Positions 20,608 through 30,963 of a DNA stretch of 64,000 nucleotides are shown here, piece by piece. Every line of letters starts with the position of its first letter. Position 1 is the stretch's first letter. The DNA is taken from positions 128,001 through 192,000 of the forward strand of contig CAVSOU010000008.1 of the NCBI GenBank assembly GCA_963729625.1, read 5' to 3'. The notes under the pieces were generated by a model. It did not search any database, was not told where the DNA came from, and saw only the letters and a list, made by a program, of their open reading frames with translations. The position numbers were made by a program, and so were the translations under genes. Source of the DNA: an uncultured bacterium (GTDB taxonomy: Bacteria > Chloroflexota > UBA5177 > JANWHV01).

Positions 20608-21867
20608 ATGCGCACGCGATCGCTTCTCACGGGCTCGACGCTGCTGCTTGGCGCGCTCATAGCCACCGGACTCGTATTTGGCCACGCTGTACCGGACCCG
20701 GTCCTGTACTCCGTCAGCCTGAGCTCGGCGCCCTGGACCATGACGCTTGACGAGCTGGACGGGCAGGTCTTCGTCGTCAGCCGGACGCCGGCAGGATCGG
20801 GCAGCGCCAGTGCGTATGGGTTTGCCAGCGCAGGCAGCTATGGCTTTACGGTGAATGGCGCGGCCGTGGCCAGAGGCCTCAGCTCGAGCACCGTACCACG
20901 CCCCGACACGGTAAGCCTGGTCGGCCGCGCGAGCAGATGGGTCGATCGCACCGTACCGGTAGCTGCCGATCCCGGGATGGCGGCAGTTGACATCCAGGAC
21001 GGGCTGCTTTACGTCACCAGCGAGGATGAGAATGTTGTCAACGTGCTGGATATCGGGCGGTTGCTTCACATACGCGACGTGCAGGTAGGGACGCGTCCCA
21101 CCGCGGTTGCCGTATCCGGGACCACACACCGCGTGTTCGTGGTCAACGCGGGTGATGGAACCGTGAGTATGCTGGATTCGACCAGCGGCACGGTGCTGCG
21201 GACGATCCAGGCGCCCGCTGCCGTAGACTCCGCCGGCATCGCTGTAGACACGGGCCACGCTCGCATCTATCTTGCTGAACCAGGATCAGTGAGCGTCTTG
21301 GACGCACGCAGCGGCGCGCTGCTACGAACCTTCGCGCTGGCGCCGGAGCCAAGTCAGACGAGGTCGCAAGCCGCCAAGATCGTCATGCAGTACGGCGGAA
21401 CCGCGACAACGGCGCTCGTAGACGAGAGCGCGGCACGTCTGTACGTCCTTGACATGGGCACACTCACCACCATCGATACCTTAAGCGATGGCGTGATGCG
21501 CAGCTTCTCTGTCGGTTCCGGCGTCACCGCCGCGGCGATCGATCACCGGACCGGCAGCATCTTGCTGGCGCGTGCGGAGGCGGCCGGCGGCGCGGGACGC
21601 CTGCAGGTGATGGATCCGCGAAGCGGCTCCATCCGCCGCACGATCGCTCTTGCTATCGCTCCGGTGGCGTTGGCGGTCGACGATCTCAGGGGCCAGGTAG
21701 TAGTCGTCGGCCGAAACGGGGAGCGGACCCCCTCCGATCCGTGGGCATGGCTGCCGGATAGTCTCCGGGGGAGGCTGCCTTTCATGCCTTCCCGAGCCTC
21801 GGGTGGTCCGGCGCAGGGAGGCAGCGTCGTTGTGCTCAATCTCGCGGATCTGTCGTTACCGCGGTGA
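20608..21867 (+). CDS. Secreted YncE/YVTN-like beta-propeller protein
   Basis: Signal peptide; VGTRPTAVAV...VFVVNAGDGTVSMLD repeats. Confidence 0.8.
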   Translation: MRTRSLLTGSTLLLGALIATGLVFGHAVPDPVLYSVSLSSAPWTMTLDELDGQVFVVSRTPAGSGSASAYGFASAGSYGFTVNGAAVARGLSSSTVPRPDTVSLVGRASRWVDRTVPVAADPGMAAVDIQDGLLYVTSEDENVVNVLDIGRLLHIRDVQVGTRPTAVAVSGTTHRVFVVNAGDGTVSMLDSTSGTVLRTIQAPAAVDSAGIAVDTGHARIYLAEPGSVSVLDARSGALLRTFALAPEPSQTRSQAAKIVMQYGGTATTALVDESAARLYVLDMGTLTTIDTLSDGVMRSFSVGSGVTAAAIDHRTGSILLARAEAAGGAGRLQVMDPRSGSIRRTIALAIAPVALAVDDLRGQVVVVGRNGERTPSDPWAWLPDSLRGRLPFMPSRASGGPAQGGSVVVLNLADLSLPR

Positions 21868-21916
21868 GGAGCGGGGGGGCGCCCGGCTTGCTCACCTGGC
21901 ACACCACAGGCGCCCT

Positions 21917-22207
21917 TTAGCGAATGTCCATTTCCTGCGCTCCCGCCGGCGAGACCAGCGGCAAGGCCAACGCGCGGCGAGGGGCAGGAAAGACGCCCGC
22001 CCGGTGTAGCGTGTCGAGCCAGTACGCGACGTTGTGATCCCAGAGCGATGCGTTGCCGCTGTCGCCGGCTGCCGCGTAACACCCGCGTACATTTTCGGCG
22101 TAACTGTGCAGCTGTTTGGCCAGGGCAAGCGATGGCGTCTGCTGGTATCGCTCGCAGACACTGTAGTATGCGTGGCGCATTGCATGAAGCATTGGGTAGG
22201 CCTCCAT
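21917..22207 (-). CDS. Small hypothetical protein
   Basis: Protein-like composition in an otherwise empty gap; no clear SD. Confidence 0.35.
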   Translation of the reverse strand: MEAYPMLHAMRHAYYSVCERYQQTPSLALAKQLHSYAENVRGCYAAAGDSGNASLWDHNVAYWLDTLHRAGVFPAPRRALALPLVSPAGAQEMDIR

Positions 22208-22372
22208 GGCGGGCTAGAAGACGAAACGCGGGTCGCCCGGCCCATAATACACGCGCTGGACGCGCCGCGTCCATTGTCGTAGTGGATGGTTGCGTCATAT
22301 GTCTCGAAAGGTACTCTATGAAGCACGGGTGCCGCCAAGAGCTACGGTGCAGCGGATCGTGGGGAGGGACGG

Positions 22373-22543
22373 ATGTCTGACTATGTGATCCTCCATCCCC
22401 ACGTGTGTTTCGCGCGCGTCAAGCCGCCCTCCGAGTCGGACGTGCTGGCGATGCACCATGCGGCGCACGAGGAGTGCTACATCGCGAACTCGGTGAAAAC
22501 CGTGGTGGAGACTGAATCGACCTGGGAGATTGCCGCGCGCTGA
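22373..22543 (+). pseudogene. OsmC-family C-terminal fragment (56 aa)
   Basis: MSDYVILHPHVCF...MHHAAHEECYIANSVKTVV resembles the OsmC-family C-terminal HxxAHxxCxIANSVKT motif; GGAGGG SD; N-terminal half absent. Confidence 0.65.
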
Positions 22544-22723
22544 CCTGCCGAGTGGCTGCCAATCGCGGGAGTCATGGCGCGAACTGCCTGCGCAGTTGAC
22601 CACCATTGCCGTGCCGCAGGCGGCCAGGACATGCTATTGTGGCACCAATTGATCCGCGGAACCCGGCTTGATTCCCCGCACGTGCGCGCGCCGGCGGGTG
22701 CAAGCGCCTGGGGAGGTATGTTG

Positions 22724-23578
22724 ATGGCCATGTCACAGCAGCACATGCCGACATCGCTCGATAGCCAGTCTCCTCCCCGGCGCTCAGCAGTGGCGCGAAC
22801 CGCGCGCCGCCACCTGCGGGTGGCTGGCACAGGTTCCATGGCCGGGACGGACATACTGGCGTTGCGGCAACCGATCGAGTTGCCCCTGCCACAGGCCCCG
22901 ATTGCCACGGCGCATCAGCTCCCGCTCACCCGGGCAAGCGTGCGCGAATGGCTCAAGTTGCACGTGGCGCCGATTGTCAGCCGCTGCTGGGTAACCTGGT
23001 ATCGGCTGCGCTTGGGTCACCGTGTTGAGTTTGGCCGCAACTTCTTGACCAACGGCCGGCTGATCATACGCGGTCCCGGCCGCGTGATCTTCGGCGACGA
23101 CGTCAACGCATGGTGTCACGCCGAGAAGAACGTGTTCATCACCTACACGCCAGAGGCGCGCATCGAGATCGGCAGCGGCGCCCGGATCAATGGCGCCGGC
23201 ATGATGGCCCGCATCGGCATCCGCATCGGGCCGCGCTGTATGGTCGGCTCGACGCTGATCATCGACAACGATTTCCACCCCCTCGATCCTCAGCTTCGCC
23301 ACGATCCGCGAGCCCCGATCGGCAGCCGCGCGGTGCGGGTGGGAGCCAACGTCTGGCTGGGCGGCCAGAGTGCGCTGCTCAAGGGCGTCTCCATCGGCGA
23401 GAACTCGATGGTGGCGTTTCGTGCTGTCGTGACCAACCCGGTACCTGCGAACGTGGTCGTGGCCGGCAATCCGGCTCGCATAGTCAAGCGGTTGCCCGAG
23501 CACGCCCTGGGTGCGGGACTGCCTGCAACCGAGCAGGTCGTCCTTGGACCGCCCTCGTCGCGAAACCTCCAGAACTGA
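22724..23578 (+). CDS. Hexapeptide-repeat (LbH) O-acyltransferase
   Basis: IDNDFHP, VRVGANVWLG, KGVSIGENSMV, VVAGNPARIVK; GGGAGG SD. Confidence 0.85.
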   Translation: MAMSQQHMPTSLDSQSPPRRSAVARTARRHLRVAGTGSMAGTDILALRQPIELPLPQAPIATAHQLPLTRASVREWLKLHVAPIVSRCWVTWYRLRLGHRVEFGRNFLTNGRLIIRGPGRVIFGDDVNAWCHAEKNVFITYTPEARIEIGSGARINGAGMMARIGIRIGPRCMVGSTLIIDNDFHPLDPQLRHDPRAPIGSRAVRVGANVWLGGQSALLKGVSIGENSMVAFRAVVTNPVPANVVVAGNPARIVKRLPEHALGAGLPATEQVVLGPPSSRNLQN

Positions 23579-23595
23579 CTTGCCGGGTCTCCGGT

Positions 23596-24351
23596 TTAGC
23601 CAAGCGGCTGCAATGATTGAAGCGTCGCGTCGACATCCATGGTGTAGGGGAATGTGCCGCCGATACGCCGGTGCACGACGAGCCGAACGTCCAACCCGCT
23701 GCCGGGAGCGTGCCAGGTTACGTCGGTCTCGGTACCTGGGTGATCGCCGCCGGTCTTTGAGCTTGCATCGATCTCGTATGCGGTCACAGACGTACCGCCG
23801 ATCCGCATCGGCGCTTGTCGCGTGACCCGGTTGGTGCTCACAACCGGGAGCCCGCCGGCAGAGAAGTGTTGCGTCCAGTGCTGGCCCACGCGGAGCGTCG
23901 ACGGCAGTGCCAGTGTCGTCGGCACGGTCGCTGCGACGCTCTCTTGGGCGATCCCAAATACGATCCGCGTGCGCTGCCAGGCCAGGTAACGCCCGTCCGG
24001 ACGTACATCAAAGCGGCTCGCCTCCAGGTGGTCTTGCGAGAGGTCGACCTCGACAGTTATGGTGCCGGGCGTGCGGGTCACGATCATGCGAGCCTGCGAA
24101 GGAAACGAACGGCAGAGCTTGAGGCCGGCCAGTCCGGCACACTCCTTGCCCTGCAGGGTATAGGTGTACACTCCCTGGCGCGGTGGCCCGGAGACACTGC
24201 CCTTAGCGGCCTGCTTGAACCGGTCCATGGCCTTCCCGACGGAAATGGGGCTGCTGTCAGTCGACAATTGTCGCCAGCCGACACCGGCGACGATGAACAC
24301 GGCTGCGATCAGTCCCGCGGCGATGAGCAGGATCTTGCGCCGAGGCGTCAT
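23596..24351 (-). CDS. Membrane-anchored/exported hypothetical protein
   Basis: MTPRRKILLIAAGLIAAVFIVAG anchor, GGAGGA SD, beta-rich body. Confidence 0.7.
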   Translation of the reverse strand: MTPRRKILLIAAGLIAAVFIVAGVGWRQLSTDSSPISVGKAMDRFKQAAKGSVSGPPRQGVYTYTLQGKECAGLAGLKLCRSFPSQARMIVTRTPGTITVEVDLSQDHLEASRFDVRPDGRYLAWQRTRIVFGIAQESVAATVPTTLALPSTLRVGQHWTQHFSAGGLPVVSTNRVTRQAPMRIGGTSVTAYEIDASSKTGGDHPGTETDVTWHAPGSGLDVRLVVHRRIGGTFPYTMDVDATLQSLQPLG

Positions 24352-24669
24352 GGCGTGGTCCTCCAACAGCTCTCTCGGGTACTAGTAACGGTGTAGCGCC
24401 GTGCGTGCTTAGGTGTCCAGGCGGAAGTGCACGGGCGCGACTGATGTAGATCGTCCCGCCTGAGTCTCAAGCATCATCGCGGTGACCCGGTCCCGATGCG
24501 CGCGAGATTGTCCAGACAGGGCGGAACCGCGCCATCAGGAAAAGGCCGTTGACCCTATACGTGGGCTGAAACAGACTAAGGGTGCGGGATCGCCCCGGCC
24601 GAGCCCGTAGAACGCGCGAAATACTGCATGGAGATAGAGCCGGCCGGTCCATATGGGAGGCAACACGCG

Positions 24670-25218
24670 ATGCCCGAGACATACGTTGCGTTGCTGCGGG
24701 GCGTGAACGTCGGCGGCAAGAACAAGTTACCGATGAAGGATCTGGTGGCACTGTGCGGCGAGATCGGGTGTCGTGACGTGCGAGCCTACATCCAGAGCGG
24801 AAACGTGATCTTCAGCGCCGATGCCGCCGTCGAGTCCTCGCTCCCGGTCACGATCAGCGAGCGGATTGCCGACCGTTTTGGACTTCGCGTGCCTGTCGTT
24901 CTACGCTCGGCCGACGACATGGCCGAAATCGTTCGCGGCAATCCCTTCCTCGAGGCAGGCGCGTCCAAGGAAACGCTACATGTCCTGTTCCTTGCCGACC
25001 GACCACCTGCAAGCACGGTCGAAAACCTTGATCCCGACCGTTCACTTCCCGACCAGTTCGTCGTGCGCGGCCGCGAAGTATACCTGCGGCTGACGAGCGG
25101 TGTGGCCGGTACCAAGCTGAGCACAGGCTACTTCGACGCCAAGCTTGCTACAACCAGCACCGCCAGGAACTGGCGTACTGTGACCGCACTGCTCGCGCTG
25201 ATGAGCGGCGCTTCTTGA
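24670..25218 (+). CDS. DUF1697 family protein
   Basis: YVALLRGVNVGGKNKLPMKDL, YIQSGNV, TARNWRTV. Confidence 0.9.
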   Translation: MPETYVALLRGVNVGGKNKLPMKDLVALCGEIGCRDVRAYIQSGNVIFSADAAVESSLPVTISERIADRFGLRVPVVLRSADDMAEIVRGNPFLEAGASKETLHVLFLADRPPASTVENLDPDRSLPDQFVVRGREVYLRLTSGVAGTKLSTGYFDAKLATTSTARNWRTVTALLALMSGAS

Positions 25219-25321
25219 TCGCCGCTCCGCTCTGCCGTCGTCGCGTCGGGCCTGAGGGCCGGCGCCGGCCGCGTGGCTGAGATCCGGCCGGATCGTAGTG
25301 CTAATTGCTCGGCGACCGCCA

Positions 25322-25768
25322 TCATCGATCCTCCACGGCACCGGGACGGTCAGATCCGTTCACACGAGCGGCGGAAGGCCGCTCAAGATCTGCGGCCAAC
25401 GCCTCCGCATCGGCGATCAGCCGTTCGAGGTCCAGACCCTGCCAATCTGATCCATAGACGCGCAGCCGCCCGATCGCCCGCAGCATGAGTACACGGCTGC
25501 CGTGCGCATTGCCGCGCTGACGATGGACGTAGCCCGCAGCCAGCTGTGCCAGGCCCTTGTACCCTTCCGCATCGGGGCTCCCGCGAGCCTGTTTCCAGCA
25601 CGTCTCCCAGGCCTCGTGAGCGCAGAAGTACTGAGCGAAAGCATAATAGGCTCGGCCAAGCCGGTCGTTCTCCGCGATGCTAAGTCGGTCGAAGTCCTCG
25701 AGCGACAGCCGATCCGGCTCATCGCGCGGCAGTGGCCTGCCCATCTCGTCGCGTGGTCGGCGTCCCAT
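25322..25768 (-). CDS. DUF309 family protein
   Basis: YFCAHEAWETCW...KGLAQLAAGYVH...GN..G motif. Confidence 0.8.
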   Translation of the reverse strand: MGRRPRDEMGRPLPRDEPDRLSLEDFDRLSIAENDRLGRAYYAFAQYFCAHEAWETCWKQARGSPDAEGYKGLAQLAAGYVHRQRGNAHGSRVLMLRAIGRLRVYGSDWQGLDLERLIADAEALAADLERPSAARVNGSDRPGAVEDR

Positions 25769-26017
25769 CTCCGCACCCGTCCTGCCAGATATACGCTGCA
25801 ACCTCACGCCGCTACATGTCGAGAAGGGCAGTGCCGGCCGGCACGCCATTCCTCTTGGCACACGCTTGAGGGGCGTGGCGGCGCGGTCTCCGCGCGCAGC
25901 GACTTCTCCTCGGGCAACCGTGCGTGTATCTACCATACAGCTTCTCACCATCCAGGCCCGCCTCAGGACGTTTCCTGGCTTGTCAGCGCCCGGCCTGATG
26001 CGGCATGCTTAGCCTGT

Positions 26018-27385
26018 ATGAATACGGACTTGGAAACGCGCATCCGCGAGCGCACCGCGCAGGTCTGCGTCATAGGACTTGGCTACGTCGGACTGCCGCT
26101 TGCAACGGAGTTCGCGGAGGCCGGTTTCCACGTGACCGGCGTCGACCTCGATGCGACCAAGATCGAGGCGGTGGGAGCGGGCCTGAGCTACATTCCCGAC
26201 GTGCCGGCCAGCCGGATCGCACTTCTGGTCCAGGTTGGCAAGCTCGCGGCAACTACCGATTATCAGGCGATTGACCCGTCTCCCGACGTGGTGTTTATCT
26301 GCGTGCCCACGCCGTATACGACCCTGAAGGTGCCAGATCTCAGCTACATCACGGAAGCCACGAACTCGATCGCTGCCGCGCTGCGCCCGGGTCAGCTCAT
26401 CGTGCTTGAAAGCACAACCTATCCAGGCACCACGGAGGAGATGGTGCTTCCGATCCTGGAAGGAGCGGGCGACCTGCTGCACGAGCGGGACTTCTTCCTC
26501 GCGTTTTCGCCCGAGCGAATCGATCCGGGCCACGCGCATTACGACATCGGCACGGTAACCAAGGTAGTCGGCGGCGCTGGACCCAAGGGCGCACACCTGG
26601 CATCGCTCCTCTTCGAAAGCGTGGCTCCAGGGAAGGTGCATACCGTGTCCTCGGCCCGGGCAGCCGAGATGGCCAAGCTGCTCGAGAACACGTTCCGCAG
26701 CGTGAACATCGCGCTGGTGAACGAGCTGGCCATGCTGGCCGAGCGAATGGGTCTCGACATTTGGGAAGTAATAGACGCCGCTTCAACCAAACCCTTCGGA
26801 TTCATGCCCTTCTATCCCGGTCCAGGCGTCGGCGGGCACTGCATCCCCGTGGATCCGTTCTACTTGAGCTGGAAAGCCCGCGAGTTCGACTTCTACACTC
26901 GCTTCGTGGAGCTAGCGGCGGAGACCAACGACAACATGCCGTTTCACATGGTGGACCTGATTGCCTGGGCCCTCAACAGTCATGGCTTGTCGACCAGGGG
27001 CACGTCCATCCTCGTGCTGGGGGTAGCGTTCAAGCGCGACGTTGATGACGCGCGCAATTCGCCGTCCCAGCGTGTGATCGAGCTGCTGCGCACGCGCGGC
27101 GCCGACGTGCGCTATCACGACCCGCACGTGCCAACGTTTCGCGTGTCGGGGACCGTATTTGGCAAGAATGGATTCACGGACCTGCACTCCGTGCCGCTAT
27201 CGAACGAAGAGCTGGACAGGTCCGACGCCGTAGTCATTCTGGTGGCTCACAGTGCCATCGACTTCGAGCACGTCGCCTGCACGGCAAAGATCCTGGTGGA
27301 TGCCACCGCGGCTACTCGCCTGTCGCAGCGGGCGGACATCTGGCGCCTTGGCGCGCCCGCACCTGCCGGCGGATCTGCACGCTAG
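26018..27385 (+). CDS. Nucleotide-sugar dehydrogenase (UDP-GlcNAc/ManNAc 6-dehydrogenase, WecC/WbpA-like)
   Basis: GLGYVGLP, CVPTP, ESTTYPGTT, SPERIDPG, KLLENTFR, GVGGHCIPVDP. Confidence 0.92.
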   Translation: MNTDLETRIRERTAQVCVIGLGYVGLPLATEFAEAGFHVTGVDLDATKIEAVGAGLSYIPDVPASRIALLVQVGKLAATTDYQAIDPSPDVVFICVPTPYTTLKVPDLSYITEATNSIAAALRPGQLIVLESTTYPGTTEEMVLPILEGAGDLLHERDFFLAFSPERIDPGHAHYDIGTVTKVVGGAGPKGAHLASLLFESVAPGKVHTVSSARAAEMAKLLENTFRSVNIALVNELAMLAERMGLDIWEVIDAASTKPFGFMPFYPGPGVGGHCIPVDPFYLSWKAREFDFYTRFVELAAETNDNMPFHMVDLIAWALNSHGLSTRGTSILVLGVAFKRDVDDARNSPSQRVIELLRTRGADVRYHDPHVPTFRVSGTVFGKNGFTDLHSVPLSNEELDRSDAVVILVAHSAIDFEHVACTAKILVDATAATRLSQRADIWRLGAPAPAGGSAR

Positions 27386-27618
27386 CAGGGCCCGGGGGGC
27401 ACTATGCGGCGATCCCATACATGCCGGCAAAGTGAGTGTTGCCGGGCGTGGGATAGCTACGCTTCCTTCGCGCCTGAAGAAGACAGGGGAAGTCGCAATC
27501 GACGCCTTGCTCCTGATGATTTGTTCAAGGTTCGTCTCACGATCTCCCTTGACACGCCGGTAGTTTTCCATTACGCTATAGAGACACCAGACGAGTTAGC
27601 TGTAGGAGCGCGGCTGAG

Positions 27619-27921
27619 GTGAACGACCAATTTCCTGATGGCGAGAGATCTCTGAGACCAGTTCCCATTTGCTATGTCGGCGACACTACCATTACCGGTA
27701 AGAATCAGGTGAGCATCCCGGTAAGAGGGATGCGCGCATTGGGCTGGCAAAAAGGCGATCAACTGATCGTGGAAGTTGCGGAAGGTGACTTGCTCGTGCT
27801 GCTGCGACGCCCTGCTCGCTGGGCGGATGCCTTTGCCGGTAAGCTGGGCGAGGTTTTCGGCGGCCACGACGATACTCTCGCGTATCTGGACGAAGAGCGT
27901 CAAAGTTGGAATGAGGGATAG
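27619..27921 (+). CDS. AbrB/MazE-type antitoxin (VapB-like)
   Basis: TTITGKNQVSIPVRGMRALGWQKGDQL; directly upstream of a PIN-domain gene. Confidence 0.8.
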   Translation: MNDQFPDGERSLRPVPICYVGDTTITGKNQVSIPVRGMRALGWQKGDQLIVEVAEGDLLVLLRRPARWADAFAGKLGEVFGGHDDTLAYLDEERQSWNEG

Positions 27922-27927
27922 GTACCG

Positions 27928-28398
27928 GTGTCTCTGGCGGATCTGGACAAGGCGTTGGCCGGCTGCACCCGAATCCTGCTTGACAGCAGCTCGCTTATCG
28001 CTTACCACTCGCCGGCAGAAGATGTACATCACCTCGCGCGACACTTACTGGGGCGTATCGAAGACGATCAGGACCCACTGTGCGCGTACTGCTCCGTTAT
28101 AACTGCGATGGAGTTGCTGGTGCGACCGATCAAGGCCGGCAGCCATGCGTTGACGTTTATGCACACGTTTCTCAGTGCGTACCCACACCTCACATTGCTG
28201 CCGATAGACCTCCAGGTAGCGACACAGGCAGCCACGGTGCGCGCCATTACGAATCTGAAGAGCCCTGACTGTCTCATCATCGCCAGCGGGCTGCTCGCGA
28301 ACTGCGACGCTATTGTGTTCAACGACGGCGTATGGGGAGCTCGCCTCCGGCCGCATTTCAAGCAGTTTCGATGGATCTGCCTGACCGAGTATATGTGA
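27928..28398 (+). CDS. PIN-domain toxin (VapC-like)
   Basis: ILLDSSSLI, SVITAMELL, LKSPDCLIIASG, IVFND. Confidence 0.85.
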   Translation: MSLADLDKALAGCTRILLDSSSLIAYHSPAEDVHHLARHLLGRIEDDQDPLCAYCSVITAMELLVRPIKAGSHALTFMHTFLSAYPHLTLLPIDLQVATQAATVRAITNLKSPDCLIIASGLLANCDAIVFNDGVWGARLRPHFKQFRWICLTEYM

Positions 28399-28494
28399 CT
28401 CGGCAGCGTGGTTACGTTTTCCACGGCCGGCGAATCCGATCTTGAACACCGGCCGTGCGGAGTGCCTGCGCACGGATTACAGCGACGGATCCGC

Positions 28495-29247
28495 TCAGCT
28501 CCAGCGGATCCGCACCATCTCTCGCCACAGGTCGAGGAGTGCTGTATCTCCGCGTACCTCGAGGCCGTGGTACGTGCGGCGATTCCATAGCAGGAGGTGG
28601 AGGTCGGATGCCGTGGCCCGCACCGCACAGTCGGCCGCGGCGGCCTCCAGCGTAACTTCCACGCCCTCCGGACGGATGCCGACCAGCCAATCGCGTTCGA
28701 CGTCTACCGCTTGCAAGCCGATGGTTCTTGGCAATTCGGCGCGCAGCCGGCCGCCGGGCCGGCTGGCGAAGCCAAGCAGCAGCTCATCCACGCCATCGGC
28801 AGCGAAGTCGGGCGGAAACGGCGTGATGCTGCCGGTCACGCACTCCATGTCGGCACGATGGATGCCGGTTTCGTGCGCCTGGCGGCGGGCCCAAAACGCA
28901 AGCGGCGACGGCGCGGGGAGAAACGACCAGCAGGCGAGATCCGGGGGCGCGCTCTCAAGCACGTGCACGAGCGCGGCGTGACCGGCACGAAACCACTCAA
29001 TCAGGCCTGAGTCCGCCGGTGCGCTGTCGAAGAATGCACTCTCCGTCGCCCCGTCTGGCGGCACCGTCAGGCGACCGGCGACGGACGCGGCGGCCCAGCG
29101 ATGGACGCCGCCGATGTGCCGGACGAGGTCCCGCATGCGCCAATCCGGACACGATGGAACGGGCGCCGCGAAGCCGGTACGTTCGGCGACCGCGGCAAGG
29201 AGGCTGCCTTCACGGCGCAGAGCGGCGATGTGTCTCTTGATTTCCAT
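28495..29247 (-). CDS. Maleylpyruvate isomerase-family (MDMPI, DinB superfamily) protein
   Basis: VPSCPDWRMRDLVRHIGGVHRW, RRQAHETGIHRAD, DGVDELL. Confidence 0.9.
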   Translation of the reverse strand: MEIKRHIAALRREGSLLAAVAERTGFAAPVPSCPDWRMRDLVRHIGGVHRWAAASVAGRLTVPPDGATESAFFDSAPADSGLIEWFRAGHAALVHVLESAPPDLACWSFLPAPSPLAFWARRQAHETGIHRADMECVTGSITPFPPDFAADGVDELLLGFASRPGGRLRAELPRTIGLQAVDVERDWLVGIRPEGVEVTLEAAAADCAVRATASDLHLLLWNRRTYHGLEVRGDTALLDLWREMVRIRWS

Positions 29248-29524
29248 CGAGCGGGCTCGTCCTTACGCTTCAAAGTGGCGTCCGTTGGTGGGTCAGGGGC
29301 GCCCTGGCGTTGCACGTCCCTCACTGCACGATAAACGATATGCAGGTCGCGTCAACCATCCGGTCCGGATAACTCTGCTTTCATCTGGCGAGACTATCGT
29401 TTGCAGCAAACCTTCCCCATGCAGCCCGCCCGAATGTCCACACTCGCCGTGCGCTGCCCTCACAGCGCAATGCCAGGCCTGGGCTGAAACACATGGAGTC
29501 GCCGGAGCACAATGCTGTAGCGGG

Positions 29525-30295
29525 TCAGGATGGCGCAGCGGCCCTATCCGCCGCTATCAGCGTGCGCAGCGCGCCCACCGCGGTCTGAGTGAGCACGTTC
29601 AGGTAGGTACCGGCGGTGTTCGCGGTTGCGATGGCGCCTTCGCCCACGGTATTTACCACGAGCAGGATGGTCCCGGCACGGAGGCCACGGATGCTGCTGA
29701 TCACGAAGAGCGTTGCCGCTTCCATATCGGCGCACAGGACGCGCGCTTCCGACCACATGCGGGCAGCGCTGCCGCCCGCCAGGGCATGAAGCGGGATGCT
29801 GTGCGGCGCAAGGTCGGCGTAGAGCGCGTCGCCGGAGCGGACTATACCCATGTATGCATGGGCGCCCAATGAGCGTGCGCTGTGCTGCAATGCCACGACG
29901 ACATCCAGATGCGCCACTGCCGGGTAGCTCAATGGAATGTACTGGCTGCCGGTGCCCTCGTCGCGCACCGCCGCCTGCGCGATGACCAGGTCGCCGTTGC
30001 GCAGGTAGTTCTGCATGGCGCCGCTCGTCCCCACGCGGATGAACGCGTCGGCCCCGATGGCCGCCAGCTCCTCAACGGCGATCGCCGTCGAGGGCCCGCC
30101 GATGCCCGTTGAGGTGACCGAAACCCGCTCACCGTCGAGTGAGCCGGTGTACGTGGTGAACTCACGATTCTGTGCCACCAACCGCGCGTCGTCAAAGTGC
30201 TCCGCAATGAGCGCGCAGCGCCCAGGATCGCCCGGCAACAGCACGTACCGCCCGACGTCTCCGGACTTGCAACGGATGTGGTGCTGATCGCTCAC
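29525..30295 (-). CDS. udp: Uridine/nucleoside phosphorylase
   Basis: LLPGDPGRC, NREFTTYTG, STGIGGPSTAIAVEEL, RVGTSG, DMEAA. Confidence 0.88.
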   Translation of the reverse strand: MSDQHHIRCKSGDVGRYVLLPGDPGRCALIAEHFDDARLVAQNREFTTYTGSLDGERVSVTSTGIGGPSTAIAVEELAAIGADAFIRVGTSGAMQNYLRNGDLVIAQAAVRDEGTGSQYIPLSYPAVAHLDVVVALQHSARSLGAHAYMGIVRSGDALYADLAPHSIPLHALAGGSAARMWSEARVLCADMEAATLFVISSIRGLRAGTILLVVNTVGEGAIATANTAGTYLNVLTQTAVGALRTLIAADRAAAPS

Positions 30296-30466
30296 TCCTC
30301 GGCTCCCTCGCACTCGACGCGGCAGGCGCACCTGCCGGTGAATCACCTGTTCCATTTCTGGGTGTACGGTACCGGCCGGGCATGATCGACTGCAAGGCAC
30401 GATGTGGCCCAGGAGATCATCGCCGGAGGCCGAGATCCTGTACCTTCATGATGGAGGAAGGATTCT

Positions 30467-30763
30467 ATGATTACCGCCATTCTGCTTTGTTCGGTCGATC
30501 GGCAGCGCATACCCGAAACAGCGCAGAAGCTGGTCGATATCCCGGAAGTCTCTGAGGTGTATTCGGTGGCAGGTGACTACGATCTGGTAGCGATCGTGCG
30601 TGTCCGCCACCACGACGACCTCGCCGACGTCGTGACCGCGAAGCTCGCCAAGCTGGAAGCCATAACACGGACCAACACGCTGATCGCCTTCAAGACTTTC
30701 TCCACCCACGATCTCGAGAGGCTCTTCTCTATCGGTAGTGAGGAGGTTGGCGGCTCGCGGTAG
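30467..30763 (+). CDS. Lrp/AsnC ligand-binding domain protein
   Basis: EVYSVAGDYDLVAIV...TNTLIAF. Confidence 0.88.
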   Translation: MITAILLCSVDRQRIPETAQKLVDIPEVSEVYSVAGDYDLVAIVRVRHHDDLADVVTAKLAKLEAITRTNTLIAFKTFSTHDLERLFSIGSEEVGGSR

Positions 30764-30779
30764 CGGGGTCGTCCTGTCT

Positions 30780-30935
30780 ATGACAAGTCGCCGGTCGCGC
30801 GCACGCCAGCAACGAATCATGACCATTGTCACGCTTGTCGTGCTGTTGACCATGATCCTTGGTACAGGGGTGCTTATCTTCTCCAGTTCGATCAACCAGT
30901 CGCCCTCATCGAACACTACCGGCCAGAGCTTGTAG
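30780..30935 (+). CDS. Small single-pass membrane protein
   Basis: MTSRRSRARQQRIMTIVTLVVLLTMILGTG: basic N-terminus plus one TM, located between co-oriented genes. Confidence 0.6.
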   Translation: MTSRRSRARQQRIMTIVTLVVLLTMILGTGVLIFSSSINQSPSSNTTGQSL

Positions 30936-30963
30936 CCGCGATGCGGGACGAGCGGCGACGCGC

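Noticed and set aside
27619-28398. VapBC pair as a novel defence system
   Set aside because: Ordinary AbrB-PIN type II toxin-antitoxin arrangement.
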